Made by a program: the position numbers and the translations under genes. The notes below the pieces were generated by a model. That model ran no database searches and was not told the DNA's origin. It saw nothing but the letters and a program-made list of their open reading frames with translations. A stretch of DNA of 39,737 bases. Source: Nitrospira japonica. GTDB lineage: Bacteria > Nitrospirota > Thermodesulfovibrionia > Thermodesulfovibrionales > SM23-35. Positions 1-8,241 of this stretch are shown one piece after another (positions within the stretch are counted from its first letter, which is position 1; each line of letters opens with the position of its first letter). The stretch is taken from positions 1-39,737 of the forward strand of contig DYFC01000049.1 in NCBI GenBank assembly GCA_020725385.1, written 5' to 3'.

Positions 1-437
1 TCCTTTATCACCGGCTGTGCATCGTGCATTACTTTGTTTACTACCGGCATCATGTCAGCAAGCATTCCCTGCGCTATCTTCATCATGTCAAATAACTGCA
101 GGAAGAACGGGATATTATCTCCAACCTTCTTTAATAATTCTATTGTCTCTTCTCTCTCAAAACGCTCCCTGACGTCCTTTATCACCGGCTGTGCATCGTG
201 CATTACTTTGTTTACTACCGGCATCATGTCAGCAAGCATTCCCTGCGCTATCTTCATCATGTCCAGCAATTGTACAAAAGTAGGAATGTTGTCTCCTACT
301 TTCATAATTAGATCAAGAGTTTCATCACGCTCATATTTTATTCTCAAATCTTTTATAGTAGGTCGCAAATCTTTAGATATCTTTTCAAGCGCGGGCATCA
401 TGTCAGCGAGAATATTCTCTATCATGTGAAATTTTGA
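1..437. repeat. 174-bp-period coding tandem repeat; 1-89 identical to 175-263, degenerate copy at about 349-437
   Basis: TCCTTTATCACCGGCTGTGC...CATCATGTC occurs at 1-89 and 175-263; GGCATCATGTCAGC recurs at 46, 220 and 394. Confidence 0.95.
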
Positions 438-509
438 ATATATCTCATTCACCTGAATAGCCATTTTCTCGTTGCCATTTGACGGTTTAACTGTAGGGTT
501 CTCTGCCAT
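3..509 (-). CDS. DUF1641-like helical protein with 58-aa tandem repeats (partial; C-terminus runs off the window start)
   Basis: Manual translation of the minus strand from ATG at 509 (SD AAGGAG just upstream) is open to the window edge: MAENPTVKPSNGNEKMAIQVNEIYSKFHMIENILADMMPALEKISKDLRPTIKDLRIKYERDETLDLIMKVGDNIPTFVQLLDMMKIAQGMLADMMPVVNKVMHDAQPVIKDVRERFEREETIELLKKVGDNIPFFLQLFDMMKIAQGMLADMMPVV... It lies directly downstream of the SQR-like gene, the usual DUF1641 context. Family name is inferred. Confidence 0.75.
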   Translation of the reverse strand, partial: MAENPTVKPSNGNEKMAIQVNEIYSKFHMIENILADMMPALEKISKDLRPTIKDLRIKYERDETLDLIMKVGDNIPTFVQLLDMMKIAQGMLADMMPVVNKVMHDAQPVIKDVRERFEREETIELLKKVGDNIPFFLQLFDMMKIAQGMLADMMPVVNKVMHDAQPVIK

Positions 510-554
510 TTCAGCTCCTTTAAATTATATTGCTTATACTGAAAATAAATTCGT

Positions 555-1715
555 TTATAATAAACCCGGCATCATCATGTTCCAGTAAAGTCCCCTAAGC
601 ATATATACTTTTAATACCCAGTTTATATAACTTTCCTGTGCAGGAGATATACTTTCAGTATAATTAAAATGAGCAAACATTACCCTTTTATCCCTTGTAA
701 GAATCGGGCATATTATTTCACCGTCGTATATATCTTTATCAGAAAGAGGTTCACCTTTTATTTGTGCAGTCAATCTTTTCTCAAGAACTGCTGCTTGTTT
801 TCTTGCTCCTGAAGCTGTTTTCGATGTCGGAAAGTCTGAGGCATCACCAATAGTATAAATATTACTTACACGTTTACTATTCATTTTAAATTTATCTGCT
901 GTAACATAACCAGAAGCATCTCCTATACCTTCTGAGTCCTGAATAACTTGCTCACCTTCATGTGAAGGAGTAAAACAACACAAATCATACCTTAATTCTC
1001 TTCCATCATAGCCTCTTATAATCTTCTTTTCATGATCAATTTCTGAAGGAACATAGTTTGCAACAACTTCAATTCCTCTATTTTCGAATATTTTGCTTAA
1101 CTTCGAAGCATAAGGTTCCCTTGAAAAACACTTTGGCATTGGACTCGTGATAATGAATCTGAAATTGTCTCTTTTTCCGTTTCTTCTCATCATATCCTCA
1201 GCCATTGCAATATACTTTATTGGAGCTGCAGGGCATTTAATAGGAAGGTCAACAATTAAAGAAACAATTGTTCCTCCATCCATATTTTTTAATGTATCTC
1301 TCATCTTAAGTGCGCCATCGAATGTATAAAACATCCCGAAGCCATCACCTTTTGCAAGAGCTTCTTTTGCACCTTCGGGTTCAGCATAAACATATTTTGC
1401 ACCGGTCGCAATAACAAGATAGTCATAAGAAATGCTACCATTAGACTTTGTCACAACTTTATTATTTTCAGAATCAATCAATGTTGCCTCATCAATTATA
1501 AGTTTTATACCATCTGAAAATAAATCTCTTGTGTTTCTGATCAAATCTTCAGGTTCTACAAGTTCAAAAGCAAGTAATGTATAACCCGGTTGATAATAGT
1601 GTTTTTCACTTCTCTCGATTACTACTATTTCCAGATCATCTTTGTGGAATTTTCTTCTCATTCTGTTGGCAACCATAGTACCAGCACAACCACCACCTAA
1701 AATAACTAATCTCAT
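555..1715 (-). CDS. sqr: Sulfide:quinone oxidoreductase-like FAD-dependent oxidoreductase (type III/SqrC-like)
   Basis: GGGCAG Rossmann motif, HYYQPG, YDYLVIATGA, KCPAAP cysteine motif, IGDA FAD motif, C-terminal YDGEIIC cysteine; 386 aa. Confidence 0.8.
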   Translation of the reverse strand: MRLVILGGGCAGTMVANRMRRKFHKDDLEIVVIERSEKHYYQPGYTLLAFELVEPEDLIRNTRDLFSDGIKLIIDEATLIDSENNKVVTKSNGSISYDYLVIATGAKYVYAEPEGAKEALAKGDGFGMFYTFDGALKMRDTLKNMDGGTIVSLIVDLPIKCPAAPIKYIAMAEDMMRRNGKRDNFRFIITSPMPKCFSREPYASKLSKIFENRGIEVVANYVPSEIDHEKKIIRGYDGRELRYDLCCFTPSHEGEQVIQDSEGIGDASGYVTADKFKMNSKRVSNIYTIGDASDFPTSKTASGARKQAAVLEKRLTAQIKGEPLSDKDIYDGEIICPILTRDKRVMFAHFNYTESISPAQESYINWVLKVYMLRGLYWNMMMPGLL

Positions 1716-1989
1716 TTTAAAATACCCCCTGTTTTGTTAATTGCATTCTAGCAAATTTTTTATTATTTGGATTAATTAGATTAATAATACTTTTTATAAT
1801 TTGTCAACGTATAATTATATTTATTATGATAAATATAATTTCAGTTTTTTATTACTTAAATTTATAGATTTATATCTACTTATAACCAATTTTTTATGTT
1901 GACAAATTAAATTTGTATCTTGAAAAATATGTTAATAAGTTTAAATTAGAAGATTATAATAATATTACTTTACATATGGTCAAACTAAA

Positions 1990-2445
1990 ATGAACCTTTT
2001 TATTAACGGGAAATCTTTTGAAGTAGATATTGATGCTCAAGAAACATTATTACACGTTCTGAGAGATCGTCTTGGATTTATGCAAGACATAACAGAATGT
2101 GATTCTGGAGAATGTTCTGGCTCTTGTACTGTCTTAATAAATGGAAAAGGTAACCCAGCTTGCAAAGTAATTGTTGGAACTCTTAATGGAGACAGAATAA
2201 GAACTATTGAAGGCATACCAGAAGAACATCCTGTTAAAAAGATATGGAAAGAAGAAGGTATAGAAACATGTCCGATTTGCAAATCAGGACAAATAATGAA
2301 GGTAATATCTTTACTTGCAAGAATGTTAAATCCTGCTCCAATTGATATAAAAGAAGAATTAAATACACCACATTGTAAATGTGGAGAAAACCCCAAAATA
2401 ATCAAAGCAGTTAATAAAGCCTCAAAATACTGTTACGACTCCTGA
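1990..2445 (+). CDS. 2x[2Fe-2S] protein, CoxS/IorA-like small subunit of the xanthine oxidase family
   Basis: LLHVLRDRLG, CDSGECSGSCTV...AC, IRTIEG, CPIC, CKCG motifs. Confidence 0.85.
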   Translation: MNLFINGKSFEVDIDAQETLLHVLRDRLGFMQDITECDSGECSGSCTVLINGKGNPACKVIVGTLNGDRIRTIEGIPEEHPVKKIWKEEGIETCPICKSGQIMKVISLLARMLNPAPIDIKEELNTPHCKCGENPKIIKAVNKASKYCYDS

Positions 2446-2553
2446 GTACGTCCAAAAGCCCCTCTGGTAGAGAGGGAAAGCACAATTTATATATAATAAA
2501 AAATCTAAGTATAGATAATCTCTTTTGTATCCAGCACAACTTCCAAAAATATC

Positions 2554-2582
2554 TTGATTTTGATTTATCATTCACCTATAAT
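2554..2582 (+). promoter_or_regulatory. Putative sigma70 promoter for the tusE-like/radical SAM pair
   Basis: TTGATT-17 bp-TATAAT about 40 bp upstream of the 2623 start. Confidence 0.5.
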
Positions 2583-2622
2583 TTTAATTATCATATTTAA
2601 TAAATCAAGGACATTACGATAA

Positions 2623-2955
2623 TTGCAAACTATCATTTGTGAAGGATTAGAAATCCAATTGGATAATGAGGGTTTTCTCATTAATCCAAAGATATGGGAT
2701 GAAAATATAGCATGTGCTATAGCACGCAAGGAAGGTATTAAGGGATTAACTGAAGAGATGCTTGAAATAATTTATTTCATTAGAGATTATTATGAAACTA
2801 ATGATGCTTTCCCGTCATTAACATTTGTCGCAAAAAGTCTTAATAAATCCACCAGTCACGTTTTATCTCTTTTCGGACATCATGCGCGGGCATGGAAAAT
2901 AGCAGGACTACCTCAACCAAAAGGAGAACTTTCTTATTTACTCGGAGGATTTTAA
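2623..2955 (+). CDS. TusE/DsrC/DsvC-family protein lacking C-terminal cysteines (RspA-like)
   Basis: LDNEGFL..W, IAxxEGI, FIRDYY, KIAGLPQP motifs; ends ...PKGELSYLLGGF. Confidence 0.85.
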   Translation: MQTIICEGLEIQLDNEGFLINPKIWDENIACAIARKEGIKGLTEEMLEIIYFIRDYYETNDAFPSLTFVAKSLNKSTSHVLSLFGHHARAWKIAGLPQPKGELSYLLGGF

Positions 2956-2982
2956 TTAATATATTTTATTGAAAATTAAAAT

Positions 2983-3741
2983 ATGAGTATTGTTGAATCA
3001 CAGAAAAAACTAATTAATCCTATCGCACTTGCTTCATTTTTACAGAATTCAGTATGCAAAGGCTCTTCAGCAAGATATACTGATTTTCTTTGCACAGGAC
3101 CACGTGGAGGACTATCAACAGGATTTATAGCAGGATGCTGTTTACAATGTGCATTTTGTTATATTGATGATTCCAGAGACCATCCTGAAAAATACGGCAA
3201 GTTTTATACTCCAGATGAAGCTCTTGAAGAGATGCTTAAAAAAGCAAATATTAAAGGTGTAAAAAGGCTAAAACTCTCTGGAGGCGAACCCACACTTTGC
3301 TATGAGCATCTTTTTAAAATACTTGAAAGTATTCAAGATAAAGACATTATACTTACACTTGAAACAAATGGAATATTGCTGGGGTATAATAGAGAATATG
3401 TTAATCTTTTATCAAAATATAATCAATTCCACATTAGAATTTCTTTAAAAGCAGGGACTCCAAAAAGTTTTTCTAAAATAACAGGCGCTGAAGAAGAATT
3501 TTTTGAGCTTCCTTTTGACGCAATAAAATTCCTTATTTCAACAAAAATGTCTTTCCATGTATCTGCTATGACAGACCAAAGAATAATGCCGCCTGAAGAT
3601 AAAATATTACTAATAGAAAAACTTAGAGCAATAGGATATAAAGATTTTATTGAAGAAGAAACACTCTCCATATATCCTATAACAATTGCCAGATTAAAAA
3701 ACGCAGGTATAGTTTTTTTACAGGAAAAATACACAGACTAA
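2983..3741 (+). CDS. Radical SAM protein (COG5014-like, uncharacterised)
   Basis: GCCLQCAFC (CxxxCxxC), SGGEP, LETNG, RISLK motifs. Confidence 0.85.
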   Translation: MSIVESQKKLINPIALASFLQNSVCKGSSARYTDFLCTGPRGGLSTGFIAGCCLQCAFCYIDDSRDHPEKYGKFYTPDEALEEMLKKANIKGVKRLKLSGGEPTLCYEHLFKILESIQDKDIILTLETNGILLGYNREYVNLLSKYNQFHIRISLKAGTPKSFSKITGAEEEFFELPFDAIKFLISTKMSFHVSAMTDQRIMPPEDKILLIEKLRAIGYKDFIEEETLSIYPITIARLKNAGIVFLQEKYTD

Positions 3742-3958
3742 ACCATAAAAGCTAACAAGCCTACAAGCAAAAGAATCTAACAAAATAATAAGAATAGAAA
3801 ACTTTAAAATTAAGACTTGTAACTTGAGGCTGGACGTCAGCATTTTATTATCTGTTATTCGTTGTACGTATAAAATGAGGCACGGGTAATAGATACAAAA
3901 ATGAATTTCTCTCTAACTTAGTTTTATAAGCCTTTTAACTAAAGGCCGAAGGCATTCC

Positions 3959-4300
3959 TCAGACTCCACCGACACAAGTATTTGAAGGTAATCCAGCCCA
4001 TTTCAATAAACTTTGAATTGATAGTCCTCCAAATAATCTGTGCAGTTTTGCTATGGTAAAACCTGTACCTTTAGTAATCAAAAAAAGTATTTCACCATCT
4101 TTATTCGGCAACATACCTTTTTTATGTAAATCTCTAAGAAGTTCAAGAACAGACCACTGTTTTGGGTCATCTCCAAGTCCTTTAAATCCGTCATTAAGTG
4201 ATAATTTCTTAGCAATTTCTCTATTCCACTTGGAATAATCTTTTAAAAAACCGTTATCATCGAGTTCAATAATATCACCTTGAAATTCAATAGTTGGCAT
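3959..4300 (-). CDS. TusE/DsrC/DsvC-family sulfur relay protein (single Cys near the C-terminus)
   Basis: LDDNGFLKDYSKW, LHRLF, WAGLPSNTCVGGV; SD GAGGG upstream. Confidence 0.85.
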   Translation of the reverse strand: MPTIEFQGDIIELDDNGFLKDYSKWNREIAKKLSLNDGFKGLGDDPKQWSVLELLRDLHKKGMLPNKDGEILFLITKGTGFTIAKLHRLFGGLSIQSLLKWAGLPSNTCVGGV

Positions 4301-4482
4301 AAGTTCCCTCTTTTTTATTATTAAATTATCATATGTTACGAGTGAGTTTCAATAGTGCAAATAATTATATAAATAAAAACTCATTTATGTTTGTTCAATT
4401 TTTAGGTTAAAATAAACATCATACTTAATTAAAACTATTAATTTTAAGTATGTTTTCAAATATTTTATTTTGGAGGATAATA

Positions 4483-5226
4483 ATGAAATATAAAATACAT
4501 CCAATTGTAATGGGCACAAAAGCTTTTGATAAAGGTATGATGACCTATCAGCACGACTATGGTAAACCTTATACAATTCCTATTTATTGCTGGTATATCG
4601 AGGGAGGGGACAAAAAAATAATTGTTGATACCGGCGAATTTGCACCTCTTCAATCTAAAGAAAGAGAAGAAGCTATCGGAGGAAAAATTTATAAATTTGA
4701 AGAAGGACTTGCAAAGTGGGGATTAAAGCCAGAGGACATAGATATTGTTATTCATACCCATTTACACAATGACCACTGTGAGAATGATGACAAATGTATT
4801 AATGCTGTCTTTTATGTGCATGAAAAGGAACTCGAAAGCATTCACAATCCTCATCCATTAGACTTCCGTTATATGGAAGATTATATTTTGGACGTTGAAA
4901 AAAGAGGGCAAATAAAGAAGTTAAATGAAGATACAGAAGTTGTTCCTGGAATTAAAATGATTCACACACCGGCACACACAGAAGGAGGGATGACTGTTTT
5001 AATTGACACAGAAAAAGGTAAAGCAGCAATAACTGGGTTTTGTTTGATAATGGAAAATTTCAACCCTCCACCTAAAATAAAAGCAATGGAGATGGAGGTT
5101 ATTCCTCCGGGGACCTCTGTAAATCCAAAACAGGCCTATGACATAATGTTAAAAGTAAGAGATATGGCTGACATTTTAATCCCGTTACATGAACCAAAGT
5201 TTGCATCAATTGATACAATACCTTAA
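4483..5226 (+). CDS. Metallo-beta-lactamase-fold hydrolase (N-acyl homoserine lactonase-like family)
   Basis: IIVDTG, HTHLHNDH, TPAHT, IPLHE. Start moved to ATG 4483, which has GGAGG at 4472-4476. Confidence 0.85.
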   Translation: MKYKIHPIVMGTKAFDKGMMTYQHDYGKPYTIPIYCWYIEGGDKKIIVDTGEFAPLQSKEREEAIGGKIYKFEEGLAKWGLKPEDIDIVIHTHLHNDHCENDDKCINAVFYVHEKELESIHNPHPLDFRYMEDYILDVEKRGQIKKLNEDTEVVPGIKMIHTPAHTEGGMTVLIDTEKGKAAITGFCLIMENFNPPPKIKAMEMEVIPPGTSVNPKQAYDIMLKVRDMADILIPLHEPKFASIDTIP

Positions 5227-5233
5227 CTTTAAT

Positions 5234-5893
5234 TTATTTAAATATCTCACCTGTTTCTTTATACCAGAATAAAAAATCAAGGTGTGAAAGAGGAATACCT
5301 ATAGATTCTGAAAAATCCTTCATTTTTCGTTCAATCTCCAGATATTTTTTTCTACTTAGAGAAACCGGCATTTCGTTAATAACCCCGAGTGCATTGAGAT
5401 TTCTCAAAATATGCCTGTCAAGTATTGCAATATCTTCTCCAAACCCTATATTTCTCAGAAAATGCCCTGCTTCTTTATATCCGATTCCTTTAAGATTTTT
5501 CACAAGCCATTCCCTGCATTCGAATGAAGTCGAAAAACCTGCAAGAACTTTTTTTATTTGCAATCTACCATCTTTCTTAAATTTTTCTCTTGCTCCAAGA
5601 AGATAATCAGCCTTTTTATTATGAAATCTGACAAGTTTTTTTAAGATTAATCTTATATCTGAATTCTTGCCTTTAAGCAATAAATCTCTGTCATTTAGAA
5701 TACATACAGCTTCCCAGCATGATTTTGCCTTTGATTGCGGTGTAAGCAAACAAAAACATAGTTCCTTAAAAATATCCTCATCCGAACTTTTCCCATGGAG
5801 ATTTTTAAATTCATTTAAACGTTTTATAATCTCATATTTTTTCTTTGAATAAAGAGACTTTAATTTATTGATTAAACCTTTTTTTATTTTCAT
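5234..5893 (-). CDS. ogg: 8-oxoguanine N-glycosylase/DNA lyase (archaeal/Thermotoga-type OGG)
   Basis: ELCFCLLTPQ, VRFHNKKA, HhH motif GIGYKEAGHFLRNIG, AILDRH, LDFLFWY. Start uncertain (ATG 5893 vs ORF-track 5911). Confidence 0.9.
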   Translation of the reverse strand: MKIKKGLINKLKSLYSKKKYEIIKRLNEFKNLHGKSSDEDIFKELCFCLLTPQSKAKSCWEAVCILNDRDLLLKGKNSDIRLILKKLVRFHNKKADYLLGAREKFKKDGRLQIKKVLAGFSTSFECREWLVKNLKGIGYKEAGHFLRNIGFGEDIAILDRHILRNLNALGVINEMPVSLSRKKYLEIERKMKDFSESIGIPLSHLDFLFWYKETGEIFK

Positions 5894-6041
5894 GTTCTTA
5901 GGATAACACAATCTTTGATAATAGAGAATTCAAAACCCTTTTATCATTCCCGAAACAAAACTGGTATTGTAAAAATAAGATTTATAGAAATATAATATAA
6001 AACTTAATGTTTCCTTAATTTACTTTAAAAAAAGAGGGAGA

Positions 6042-7496
6042 ATGGTTTTTATGAATTCAAAAATAAACAGATATGTTTTTAGTTTATTTATTTTGACTAT
6101 TTTCACATTTTTAGTTAATTTTGCTAATAATACAAATTGCCACGCTAATGAAAACAAAATTTCGAAAGAAACTGTTGAGATTTTAAGTAAGATCGGTCAG
6201 GCTACTGCAGAAATAGTCGATGCTGTTAAACCTGCTGTTGTAAATATTTCAACTACAAGAACGATTAAAACACAGGGTGGTTTTGATCCTTTTTTTGATG
6301 ACCCTTTCTTCAGACGATTCTTCGGTGAGCGTTTTAAAGCTCCAAAAGAAAGAAAATCATCGGGTCTTGGCTCCGGTGTTATTGTTGAGTCTAATGGTTA
6401 TATACTGACAGCAAATCACGTTGTTCAGGGCTCTGAAGAAATTAAAGTTACTTTATCTGACAAAAGAGAATTCAAAGGAAAGATCGTAGGAACCGATGCG
6501 ATGTCTGATATAGCTGTAATAAAGATAGAAGCAAAAGATTTACCCGTAGTTAAGATGGGAGATTCAAGCAAGTTAAGAGTGGGGGAAACTGTGCTTGCCA
6601 TTGGTAGTCCATACGGATTGAGTCAGACTGTAACAATGGGTATTGTTAGTGCGGTAGGGAGAGCAAATGTTGGCATCGCTGATTATGAAGACTTTATTCA
6701 GACAGACGCTGCAATCAATCCCGGGAATTCAGGTGGCGCACTTGTTAATGTCAGAGGAGAACTTGTTGGAATCAATACCGCTATCTTTAGCACGAGTGGT
6801 GGTTATCAAGGAATCGGTTTTGCGGTTCCTACAAGCATGGCAAAAGCAGTCATGGAAAGTTTAATCAGCAAAGGTAAAGTTATAAGAGGCTGGATAGGTG
6901 TTGCTATACAGAACCTTACCCCGGAACTTGCAAAACAATTTAACCTTAGCGAGGAAAAGGGCGTCCTTATTGGTGATGTTGTTGAAGACGGACCTGCAGA
7001 TAAAGCCGGGTTGCAAAGAGGAGATGTGATTATAGAATTTGATGGTAAAAAAATAGAAGATCCAAACCAGCTTAGGAATAAAGTTGCAGTAACAGAACCC
7101 GGACAGGAAATTGAAGTTAAGATTATAAGAGATGGTACAAGTATTATGAAAAAGATTATTATTGGCGAACTACCCTCAGAAATTCATAAACCCGCAAAAG
7201 GTGAATATGATAATTCCTTAAGTGGAGTTTCTGTCCAGAATATAACACCCGAACTAATCGAAAGATTAGGACTTCCATCAAAAATATATGGAGTTATAGT
7301 AGAAGATATAGATGAAGAAAGCCAGGCTTTTGGCATACTAAAAGAAGGTGATATAATTTTGGAAATTAACAAACAAAGAATTACAAATATCAAAGATTAT
7401 GATAAAGTAGTCTCGAAGATTAAGCCAGGTTCAGAAATACTTCTTCTTATTTACAGAGAGAGGGCTTCTATATATATTACTTTACCGGGCAAATAA
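6042..7496 (+). CDS. degQ: HtrA/DegQ (Do) periplasmic serine endoprotease with two PDZ domains
   Basis: N-terminal hydrophobic segment, LGSGV, TANHV, IQTDAAINPGNSGG, two PDZ domains. Confidence 0.92.
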   Translation: MVFMNSKINRYVFSLFILTIFTFLVNFANNTNCHANENKISKETVEILSKIGQATAEIVDAVKPAVVNISTTRTIKTQGGFDPFFDDPFFRRFFGERFKAPKERKSSGLGSGVIVESNGYILTANHVVQGSEEIKVTLSDKREFKGKIVGTDAMSDIAVIKIEAKDLPVVKMGDSSKLRVGETVLAIGSPYGLSQTVTMGIVSAVGRANVGIADYEDFIQTDAAINPGNSGGALVNVRGELVGINTAIFSTSGGYQGIGFAVPTSMAKAVMESLISKGKVIRGWIGVAIQNLTPELAKQFNLSEEKGVLIGDVVEDGPADKAGLQRGDVIIEFDGKKIEDPNQLRNKVAVTEPGQEIEVKIIRDGTSIMKKIIIGELPSEIHKPAKGEYDNSLSGVSVQNITPELIERLGLPSKIYGVIVEDIDEESQAFGILKEGDIILEINKQRITNIKDYDKVVSKIKPGSEILLLIYRERASIYITLPGK

Positions 7497-7530
7497 CCCA
7501 AATAATATCTAAAATCAGCAGCAAGTAAGC

Positions 7531-8241
7531 ATGATAATAGGAAAAAATGAAATTCATGTTTGGGAAATTAATCTTTGCCTTAATTTGAATAAATTAGAAA
7601 ATTTTATTTCCATGTTATCCGATGAAGAAAAGAAAAAAGCTTTGGCTTTTCGCTTTTCTGATGATAGTAAAAGATACATAATCTCACATGCAGTTTTAAG
7701 ATTATTACTCGCAAAATATACTAAAAAAAAATCTGAAGAAATAATTTTCCATACTGACAATCGAGGCAAACCGCATCTTCTACTTAATCCTGATGAACCA
7801 AATATTTTTTTTAATCTATCACACTCTCATGAAATGGCTGTAATTGGTATCTCAAATGAATATGAAATTGGAGTGGATATTGAATATTTATTGAGAGAAG
7901 TAAATTCAGAAGATATAGCAAGAAGATTTTTTACAACCAATGAAAATAAAAAATTAAATAGCCTTCCGGAAAATTTGAAGAAAGAGGCTTTCTTAAGATG
8001 CTGGACAAGAAAAGAAGCTTATTTGAAAGCAAAAGGAATTGGAATCCACGGGTCATTAAAAAGTTTTGAGGTTTCATTATTTCCTGAAGAAATACCCGAA
8101 ATTCTTATAATAGATAGATTAACTTTGGAGAAAAATAATTGGAGTTTATTTGATATAATTCATATTCATAATTATATCGGAGCAGTTGCTGTTAACGGAA
8201 AATGCCAAACTGTAAAATATTTTAATTTTTATTTCAATTAA
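7531..8241 (+). CDS. Sfp-type 4'-phosphopantetheinyl transferase
   Basis: GKP, FNLSHS, IGVDIE, WTRKEAYLKAKG motifs. Confidence 0.92.
   Translation: MIIGKNEIHVWEINLCLNLNKLENFISMLSDEEKKKALAFRFSDDSKRYIISHAVLRLLLAKYTKKKSEEIIFHTDNRGKPHLLLNPDEPNIFFNLSHSHEMAVIGISNEYEIGVDIEYLLREVNSEDIARRFFTTNENKKLNSLPENLKKEAFLRCWTRKEAYLKAKGIGIHGSLKSFEVSLFPEEIPEILIIDRLTLEKNNWSLFDIIHIHNYIGAVAVNGKCQTVKYFNFYFN

Noticed and set aside
1-263. Direct repeats as a possible CRISPR array
   Set aside because: The unit is 174 bp, in frame and protein-coding; the intervening parts are homologous, not unique spacers; no cas genes are present.
34-429. 131-aa plus-strand ORF with an internal repeat
   Set aside because: Antisense shadow of the minus-strand repeat protein, which has an SD and operon context.
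2443-2476. TGA followed by hairpin CCCTCT-GGTAG-AGAGGG as a possible SECIS (selenocysteine readthrough)
   Set aside because: The Fe-S domain is already complete, no conserved Cys is expected at that position, and the readthrough peptide (VRPKAPLVERESTIYIY...) looks non-coding. More likely a simple 3' hairpin.
2983-3741. Radical SAM as the AmmeMemoRadiSam enzyme, a viperin-like defence protein or a RiPP maturase
   Set aside because: Too short, lacks extra N-terminal or SPASM cysteine clusters, lies 31 kb from memo1, and has no precursor peptide or defence context.
3718-3843. 41-aa hydrophobic minus-strand ORF (MLTSSLKLQVLILKFSILIILL...), and an attC-like ATCTAAC in the same gap
   Set aside because: No SD, and hydrophobicity is expected from T-rich DNA; no matching GTTRRRY end or integrase.
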